12,472 nucleotides of DNA, taken from an uncultured Dehalococcoidia bacterium. Lineage in GTDB: Bacteria > Chloroflexota > Dehalococcoidia > Lucifugimonadales > UBA3495. The stretch covers positions 1 through 12,472 of the forward strand of contig CATMOE010000082.1 of assembly GCA_950072105.1 (NCBI GenBank). Direction: 5' to 3'. Positions within the stretch are counted from its first letter, which is position 1. Each line of letters begins with the position of its first letter. A model generated the notes under the pieces. The model had not been told where the DNA came from. It worked only from the letters and a program-made list of their open reading frames with translations, and did not search any database. Below, one piece after another: positions 6,501 through 12,472 of the stretch. The position numbers and the translations under genes were made by a program.

Positions 6501-7134
6501 ATGAAGACGAAACTCAAGGTATCGTTTCTAGCCTTGGCAGTCGCCGGGATACTTGTTTTAGTTCTTGCCACTCAACAAGGCCCGATAGTGAGCGCCGGCG
6601 GCGGGGAGAAAATCGACGCCACGGCTTCCGTACACGACTTCCAAGACTACGGGGGCGTCATTGTCATAAACGCCCAGAACAGAGGAACTTCGGCCCTGAT
6701 AAGAAATGCCGAAGGGATATCGATGAACCTAGAGACTTCCGACCTACCCGTAGGAGCGTATTCAGTGTGGTGGGTAATCTTCAACAAGCCCAGTGAATGT
6801 ACCAACGGCACCTGCGGCGCTGTCGACACAGGAAAGGGCGGCGCTCCAAACCCCGCGGAGGGCACCTTGCTGTGGGCGCCCGGCGGGGTCGTCGGACCGG
6901 ACCGGCCACTTCAGCGCTAGTTTAGGCGTGGGGCCGAAGAAAGCTCCCGGTGAGGTACGCCGAGGCCCAACTCTGACCAATCCTATGGGAGCCGAGGTCC
7001 ATGTGGTTTTACGGTTCCATGGCACCCCTGCTTGGGACGACCCGGAGCTGTTTACGTCTCAACTCGGGACCTTCGGGGGCGGCTGTGACATCTTCGCCTG
7101 CTTTAACCCCCAGTCGGTCGCCCATCTACCATAG
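6501..7134 (+). pseudogene. Secreted hypothetical protein with Cys pairs, split by a frameshift near 6894-6907 (pseudogene, phase variant or assembly error)
   Basis: ORF 6501-6920 has a strong SD and signal peptide (MKTKLKVSFLALAVAGILVLVLA...) and reads well to ...WAPGGVVGPD. The +1 frame continues plausibly (TGHFSASLGVG...LTNPMGAEVHVVLRFHG...QLGTFGGGCDIFACFNPQSVAHLP*). The junction is a GGACC-GGACC-GGCC micro-repeat. Confidence 0.75.
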
Positions 7135-7236
7135 TTGGCACGCGATGCAAGAAATCGCAATAATCGGAGAATCGGGGGAGGCAGTGCCTGTCCGGTTGAG
7201 GCTCCCCGGCGCTCCGTGTAGGGAAGGCTTAAGTTA

Positions 7237-8466
7237 GTGGAACAGCAAACTTCCGGCGGGCAACAGCCGCTGACCGGTATCCGCGTCTTGGACTTGTCCG
7301 GCCCCATGGGCGTTTATTGCGGCAAGTTGATGGCCGACATGGGCGCCGACGTCATCAAGGTCGAGCCACCTGGCGGAGACCCTATGCGCATAATGGGGCC
7401 TTTTATTCCGGATGGGGCTAACTCTGAAAGAAGCCTGAACTGGCTTCACTTCAACACCAACAAGCGCAGCATCACGTTGGACATCGCCGATCCACAAGGG
7501 GCCGAGCTGTTGTCAAAGATCTCCCGCCAAGCCGGCGTTGTATTGGAAACCTTCCCGCCGGGCTACCTGGACAACTTGGGATTGGGCTACAGCCATTTGT
7601 TACAAGGCAACCCTGGCCTGATCTACGCCTCCCTGACACCTTTTGGGCAAACCGGTCCTTACAAGGATTTCAAGGCCACAGACCTGACCGGCTTCGCCAT
7701 GGGCGGATACATGTACGTTACCGGACGGCCCGATACGCCGCCCACTCGCCTCTGGGGGTCCCAGGCGTACCACACAACGTCCAATCGCGCCTTCATAGCA
7801 ATATTGCTGGCCCTATATCACCGCATGGCCACCGGTGAGGGTCAATACATCGACGTGTCGATGCAGGAGGCGGTGGCTGCCACGACCGAGCATGTCAACA
7901 CGGCCTACAACTACACGGGGGAACCGGCGGTACGCTGCGGGTTCCGCCACGGAGGCCAGTTCGTGGCTACTTGGCGGTGCAAAGACGGGTTCGTAAGTAT
8001 CACAACCAACACCCAGCAGTCCTGGGACGACCTAAGAGACTGGATGGCCCGAGACGGAATGGCCGGCGATCTGTCATCGGAAAAGTTCAACGACCGGTTC
8101 ATACTTCGAGGAGAGTTGTCCGAGCACATCGAGGGACTGATTCAGGCATGGGCCTTGACCCACACCCGCCAGGAGATAACCGAGTGGGGCCAAAGCCGCC
8201 ACCATCCCTGGGGCCCGGCGGTTCGTGCCGACGAGATTCTTGAAAACGAACAGCTTTGGGAAAGGGGATATTTCATCGAGAGTGAAGTCCTCCATCCGGG
8301 GGAGAAGATGGTCTATCCCGGCGCGCCTTACAAGCTGTCCCGATCCCCTTGGCAGCTACGTCATCCGGCGCCCCAGGTTGGCCAGCACAACCGGGAGATA
8401 TACTGCGGCGATCTGGGCTTACCAGTGGACGAATTGGACGCCCTCGCCTCTCAAGGAGTTATCTAG
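7237..8466 (+). CDS. Family III (CaiB/BaiF) CoA-transferase, subunit lacking the catalytic Asp (BbsE-like)
   Basis: PLTGIRVLDLS, LMADMGADVIKVEPPGGDPMR, NTNKRSITLD, SLTPFGQTGPY, TGEGQYIDVSMQEA, APQVGQHN...GVI*. Tyr (7768-7770) sits at the position of the catalytic Asp. Confidence 0.92.
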   Translation: MEQQTSGGQQPLTGIRVLDLSGPMGVYCGKLMADMGADVIKVEPPGGDPMRIMGPFIPDGANSERSLNWLHFNTNKRSITLDIADPQGAELLSKISRQAGVVLETFPPGYLDNLGLGYSHLLQGNPGLIYASLTPFGQTGPYKDFKATDLTGFAMGGYMYVTGRPDTPPTRLWGSQAYHTTSNRAFIAILLALYHRMATGEGQYIDVSMQEAVAATTEHVNTAYNYTGEPAVRCGFRHGGQFVATWRCKDGFVSITTNTQQSWDDLRDWMARDGMAGDLSSEKFNDRFILRGELSEHIEGLIQAWALTHTRQEITEWGQSRHHPWGPAVRADEILENEQLWERGYFIESEVLHPGEKMVYPGAPYKLSRSPWQLRHPAPQVGQHNREIYCGDLGLPVDELDALASQGVI

Positions 8467-8469
8467 GCC

Positions 8470-9708
8470 GTGAGCGCCGTTGAAAAACCGTCGAACTCGG
8501 GCTTTGCGCTTCAGGGTATCCGGGTGTTGGACTTCACCTGGATACATGCGGGTCCCTCCGCCACGCGTATCTTAGCCGATCAAGGCGCCGAGGTTATCAA
8601 AGTGGAGTCCAATAACGCCCTAGCTGTCGTCGGTGGGCCCAGTTCGGCCACTGCCCGGGGGCTGGGACAGCGCCACAATTGGAATGCGGGCAAGCGGTCC
8701 ATCTCCCTAGACATGAAAACTCCCCAGGGCGTTGCCATCGCCAAGCGGTTGGCAGCCGTTTCCGATGTCGTGGCGGAAAACTTCAGCGGCCGGGTGATGA
8801 CGAGCTGGGGTATGGATTACGAGAGCCTCCGCCGGGTAAAACCTGATCTGGTGATGCTCAGCATGTCGGGCTTTGGGCGCACTGGACCCTGGAAGGACCG
8901 GGTTAGCTACGGGCAAACTCTTCAGGCGTGGTCGGGATTCACCGAACTAACCGGATTCCCCAACACCGACCCCTGTGGCCCGGCCAGCGCTTACAGCGAC
9001 GCCGTTGGCGGGATGGCCGGAGCCCAAGCAGTTTTACTGGCATTGATACACCGGGCGCGTACCGGTCAGGGTCAGTGGATAGACCTTTCCCAATTCGAGG
9101 CATTGTCGTCCCTGTTGGATACCTTGGTCCTGGACCTGAGCGCCAACGGAGCGGATTCCCATAACCAGAGAACCGGCAATCGCCCACCTCATGACTCCGG
9201 TGCTACCCACGGGGCCTACCGGTGCCGGGGCGACGACCGCTGGGTGGCCATATCGGTTCATACCGAAAACGAGTGGGAGTCCTTGATTGGCGCCATGGGA
9301 CATCCGCCTTGGACTCAAGATGAACGGTTCGCCACCGCCTCCGGGCGCTCCCATCACTCAGAGGAGTTGGACGCGCTGATGGAGACCTGGACCATGCAGC
9401 ATTCCGCTGAGGCGGTGATGCGCCTGCTCCAAGACGCCGGTGTACCGGCTGGCGTGGTTCAGACCGGAGCCGACCTGGCGGAAAATGACCCGCACTTGCA
9501 GGAAAGAGGGTTCTTCCGACAAGTTTTGGACGGCCAGGGCGTCAGCCGTACCATCGAAGGAGCACCTTACATATTGTCGAGGACTCCGGGGGGCCCCAGC
9601 CGCGGCGCCCCGGAGTTCGGAGCCGACCAAACGTATGTGCTGCGGGAGATTCTGGGAATGTCCGATGAAGAACTGGCCGACTGCGCCATCGCCGGTGTTT
9701 TCGAGTGA
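8470..9708 (+). CDS. Family III (CaiB/BaiF) CoA-transferase, catalytic subunit (BbsF-like)
   Basis: ALQGIRVLDFTWIHAGP, LADQGAEVIKVE, NAGKRSISLD, DVVAENFS, SMSGFGRTGPW, AYSD (Asp 8998-9000), TGQGQWIDLSQ, APEFGAD; AAGGAG at 8453-8458. Confidence 0.93.
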   Translation: MSAVEKPSNSGFALQGIRVLDFTWIHAGPSATRILADQGAEVIKVESNNALAVVGGPSSATARGLGQRHNWNAGKRSISLDMKTPQGVAIAKRLAAVSDVVAENFSGRVMTSWGMDYESLRRVKPDLVMLSMSGFGRTGPWKDRVSYGQTLQAWSGFTELTGFPNTDPCGPASAYSDAVGGMAGAQAVLLALIHRARTGQGQWIDLSQFEALSSLLDTLVLDLSANGADSHNQRTGNRPPHDSGATHGAYRCRGDDRWVAISVHTENEWESLIGAMGHPPWTQDERFATASGRSHHSEELDALMETWTMQHSAEAVMRLLQDAGVPAGVVQTGADLAENDPHLQERGFFRQVLDGQGVSRTIEGAPYILSRTPGGPSRGAPEFGADQTYVLREILGMSDEELADCAIAGVFE

Positions 9709-9755
9709 TAAGCGCCCAGTGCTAATACGGCGAGGAGAGGGGGCTTCCGACGGGT

Positions 9756-9857
9756 CCCTCTCTAGCCCTCCCCCGTAAAAGGGGCGAGGATGAATCCCTT
9801 CCCCCTCGACGGGGAAGGTTAGAGCCTGCCCTGAGCGCAGCCGAAGGGATGGAGGTG
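9756..9857. repeat. Inverted doublet of tail+hairpin palindromic repeats, the second interrupted by a 25-nt element
   Basis: Unit A (+) CCCTCTCTAGC-CCTCCCCC-gtaaaa-GGGGCGAGG (9756-9789). Unit B (-) has hairpin CCTTCCCC-ctcgac-GGGGAAGG (9797-9818) with tail TTAG...GATGGAGGTG split by AGCCTGCCCTGAGCGCAGCCGAAGG (9823-9847). Confidence 0.7.
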
Positions 9858-9906
9858 CTGCGCGGTGCACAAAATCATCTGATAGCGAATTAATCTGGCA
9901 AATAGC

Positions 9907-9936
9907 AACGGGGCGAAGACTAATCTTCGCCCCGTT
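9907..9936. terminator. Intrinsic terminator-like hairpin between the convergent CoA-transferase and aroF genes
   Basis: Perfect 13-bp stem AACGGGGCGAAGA-ctaa-TCTTCGCCCCGTT; on the minus strand it ends TTGCTATTT, about 50 nt after the aroF stop. Confidence 0.75.
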
Positions 9937-9984
9937 AAAATTGTATCGGGTTGAATTTGACGCCCTTAAGCGTGCGCGCCTGCG

Positions 9985-11007
9985 TTAAACCTGGGCCGGC
10001 ACCTTGCGCACTCCGGCAACCGCGTGAACTTGTTCCATCAAAGCGCTGAAGTTTGCGAAGGTCAAGGATTGAGGGCCGTCGCACTTGGCGATGTCCGGAT
10101 TAGGATGCACCTCGATCAGCAGTCCGTGGGCGCCTGCCGCAACGGCGGCCAGCGCAACCGGCGTAACCAAGTACCATTTCCCGGTGCTATGGCTGGGGTC
10201 GGCGACGATTGGCAGGTGACTTAACCTTTGGATCACGGGAATGGCGGCCACGTCCATCGTGAACCTGGTGAATTGCTCGAAGCCGCGCACTCCCCTCTCG
10301 CAGAGTATGACCTGATCATTTCCGCCGGCCATGACGTACTCCGCCGCCAGCAACCACTCCTCGTAAGATGCCGCCAGGCCTCGCTTGACCATTACCGGTT
10401 TCTTTAATTCACCGACCGCGTCCAGCAGGTTGTAGTTTTGCATGTTCCGTGCGCCGATCTGGAGGATGTCGGCGTATTTAGCGACCGTTTCTACATCTTC
10501 AACCGCCATCACTTCGGTGATGATGGGCAAGCCCGTCTCCTGTTTGGCCGTCTTCAAGAGTTCCAAGCCTTCGATACCCATTCCTCGGAAGCTGTATGGC
10601 GAAGAGCGCGGCTTGAAGGCCCCGCCTCGAAGGATCTGCGCACCCGCAGCCTTGACCGCCTTGGCCGTGGATACCATTTGCTCCTCGTCTTCCACGGAGC
10701 AAGGCCCGGCCATGATGACGGGTTCCGGCCCGCCGATGACTACGCCGTTCACGACGACCCTGGAGTTGTCCGGATGGAACTCTCGGCTGGCCAGCTTATA
10801 GGGTTTAGAAATAGGAACTACCTCAATCACTCCTGGCAGAAGCTCAATCTCGTCTTTTAGATCGGGGGGTATAGATCCCAATACACCCACTACTATGCGC
10901 TCCACGCCGTCGAATACCTGGGGCCTAAGACCGGGGTGACTTTCGATCCGATTCTTTACCCCTTCTAACTCCGCCGGCGAAGATTCCTTTGCCATTATTA
11001 CTATCAT
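9985..11007 (-). CDS. aroF: 3-deoxy-D-arabino-heptulosonate 7-phosphate (DAHP) synthase, type I-beta with N-terminal ACT-like regulatory domain
   Basis: MIVIM start typical of the family (ATG 11007; SD GAGG 11020-11023; ORF track uses TTG 11019). Motifs IMAGPCSVE, LRGGAFKPRSSPYSFRG, QIGARNMQN, LCERG, ADPSH, EVHPNP...CDGPQSL. Confidence 0.96.
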   Translation of the reverse strand: MIVIMAKESSPAELEGVKNRIESHPGLRPQVFDGVERIVVGVLGSIPPDLKDEIELLPGVIEVVPISKPYKLASREFHPDNSRVVVNGVVIGGPEPVIMAGPCSVEDEEQMVSTAKAVKAAGAQILRGGAFKPRSSPYSFRGMGIEGLELLKTAKQETGLPIITEVMAVEDVETVAKYADILQIGARNMQNYNLLDAVGELKKPVMVKRGLAASYEEWLLAAEYVMAGGNDQVILCERGVRGFEQFTRFTMDVAAIPVIQRLSHLPIVADPSHSTGKWYLVTPVALAAVAAGAHGLLIEVHPNPDIAKCDGPQSLTFANFSALMEQVHAVAGVRKVPAQV

Positions 11008-11105
11008 GTCTACATTCAACCTCTATTATCGAATCGTACCAGATGGTCCCGCCGATCTCTCTTGGGCATGAGAACAGAATTTAACGAGTTTAGAACTATG
11101 TCATG

Positions 11106-11137
11106 CAATTATTACGGCCCTCCGGCCGTAATAATTG
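11106..11137. other. Perfect 14-bp stem-loop in the aroH-aroF spacer
   Basis: CAATTATTACGGCC-ctcc-GGCCGTAATAATTG; no U-tract follows on the coding (minus) strand. Confidence 0.7.
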
Positions 11138-11168
11138 ACGACTGCCAACCGGAACCGGCGGATCAACA

Positions 11169-11540
11169 TCAGATAGACTCCACACCTTGGAGGCGCAATG
11201 CGTCGGTACCCCTAAGATACAGGTTTACCAACTCCTGGGGCTCTTTGTCGGTATTCAGAAGTATCAGAATCCGAATGCACTTGGTCAAGCTCCCTGGGAC
11301 TGCTATCTCCGTTCCTCCCATCAAAGCTGTGTCGTTCCACCCAGCTTGGCGGGCCGCCGCCGCTGGGAACACCGCGTTCAGATCTGGGGTCATAGTAAAG
11401 TATACTGCGGCGACATCCCTTTCAATGATGCCGTTGGCTTCAATCAATCCGTCCAGCAACTCTCGCGTCGCTGAATAGATGCCCTCCGCCGTATTTTCCC
11501 CGGCGATCGTCGCACCCCGAATGCCCCGGCACATGGTCAT
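11169..11540 (-). CDS. aroH: Chorismate mutase, AroH class
   Basis: RGIRGAT N-terminus, FTMTPDLNAVFPAAAAR, EIAVPGSLTKCIRILIL, YLRG...LR; ATGA 4-nt overlap with the trpA stop (translational coupling). Confidence 0.95.
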   Translation of the reverse strand: MTMCRGIRGATIAGENTAEGIYSATRELLDGLIEANGIIERDVAAVYFTMTPDLNAVFPAAAARQAGWNDTALMGGTEIAVPGSLTKCIRILILLNTDKEPQELVNLYLRGTDALRLQGVESI

Positions 11541-12361
11541 GTGATCTTTTCGCTCTTAGAGACTACTTCACGGCCGGCTAACCGGGCCACCAACTTGCTG
11601 GCTCGGTCAACCAGTTCCTCGCGGGGCGATTCTAGCATTACCCGAACCAGCGCGCTACCCACCACTGCCGCTTCCGCGTCCCGGCACACCGTCTCAACGT
11701 GCTCTCGCTGGGAGATGCCGAACCCAACGGCCAGTGGCAACGACGTATGGGGACGCACCCGCTCCAGGAGTTCGATACCACGGACGGAAACCTCGTCCCT
11801 GGTCCCGGTGACACCGGTCAGACTGATGCAGTAGATGAACCCGCCGGCGTCTACACAGGACTCCCGGATGGACTCATCGGTGCTGGTGGGAGCCAGCAGC
11901 GGTATCATGTGGATGCCATGAGCCACGCACTGTGCCGCCAGTGGGGCCGCCTCTGAGTGGGGAAGATCCACCGCGATCAGCCCATCCACTCCAGACTCCT
12001 CGGCTCTCTCCGCAAACTTCTGCAGCCCAAAACTATAGATCGGGTTGTAGTAGCCCATCAACACCAGGGGGGTGTCCGGGACCTGTTCCCGAAGTTCTTC
12101 AACCATGTCCATGCAGTCTGCCAGGGTGATCTCTTGTTGCAGAGCCAGAAAGCTGGACTGCTGGATAACCGGCCCTTCAGCTAAAGGGTCGCTGAAGGGA
12201 ACCCCAAGCTCGATTGCATCGGCCCCGGCAGCCACCAGCGCCGGTACTAGTTCCAAAGTCGCCTGCTTATCCGGAAACCCGGCGGTCAGGAAAACTATCA
12301 GCCCGGTTCGTCCCTGCCGTTTGATGGCGGCAAATGATTCTTTTATTCGGTCTTTGTCCAT
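11537..12361 (-). CDS. trpA: Tryptophan synthase alpha subunit
   Basis: FLTAGFPD, IELGVPFSDPLAEGPVIQ, LMGYYNP, DGLIAVDLP, LLAPTST, GFIYCISLTGVTG, VGFGIS, VVGSALV. Confidence 0.97.
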   Translation of the reverse strand: MDKDRIKESFAAIKRQGRTGLIVFLTAGFPDKQATLELVPALVAAGADAIELGVPFSDPLAEGPVIQQSSFLALQQEITLADCMDMVEELREQVPDTPLVLMGYYNPIYSFGLQKFAERAEESGVDGLIAVDLPHSEAAPLAAQCVAHGIHMIPLLAPTSTDESIRESCVDAGGFIYCISLTGVTGTRDEVSVRGIELLERVRPHTSLPLAVGFGISQREHVETVCRDAEAAVVGSALVRVMLESPREELVDRASKLVARLAGREVVSKSEKIT

Positions 12362-12439
12362 TTCAGGTCTTTTTTAGTCTATCCATGATGGATGTAAATC
12401 GTAGCCAAACACCCGGATTTCGGTCAGCATTTCGACCAA

Positions 12440-12448
12440 TTTATATCA
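12440..12448 (-). promoter_or_regulatory. Possible extended -10 promoter upstream of trpA
   Basis: Minus strand TG-a-TATAAA (12448-12440); a TAGACA hexamer lies upstream at sub-optimal 15-nt spacing. Confidence 0.3.
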
Positions 12449-12472
12449 CATCCGTGCGGTTGTCTAGCCCCC

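Noticed and set aside
6793..7134. 113-aa ORF as an independent gene
   Set aside because: Its first third is out-of-frame overlap with the 6501 ORF and has no SD; better explained as the frameshifted C-terminal half.
9358..9870. 170-aa minus-strand ORF starting in the intergenic repeats
   Set aside because: The N-terminus (PSLRLRSGQALTFPVEGEG) is just translated repeat DNA and the rest is antisense to the CoA-transferase.
11062..11478. Plus-strand ORFs opposite aroH, aroF and trpA
   Set aside because: Antisense shadows of conserved housekeeping genes.
12243..12254. GTACTAGTT, resembling a TrpR operator half-site
   Set aside because: Lies inside trpA coding sequence, lacks the full symmetric operator, and no trpR is evident in the window.

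Overview
GC-rich bacterial window whose gene content and intergenic repeats suggest Chloroflexota, probably Dehalococcoidia/SAR202-like; this is inference, not a database result. From left to right it holds: a 5'-truncated ThDP-dependent (acetolactate-synthase-like) enzyme; a cytoplasmic Asp-box/BNR beta-propeller; an alpha/beta-hydrolase fused to a class III nucleotide cyclase whose true start appears non-canonical; a single-pass surface protein (uncharacterised cytoplasmic N-module, TM helix, Pro/Thr/Ala linker, Ig-like repeats with a LamG domain inserted inside one); a frameshifted secreted Cys-containing protein; a tandem CaiB/BaiF CoA-transferase pair in which only the second copy has the catalytic Asp; and, on the minus strand, trpA-aroH-aroF. 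Both large convergent intergenic regions (1489-1676, 9709-9984) carry doublets of purine/pyrimidine-skewed palindromic repeats plus a strong terminator-like hairpin, and one repeat appears interrupted by a 25-nt mini-element. No rRNA, tRNA, CRISPR array, transposase or integrase was seen.
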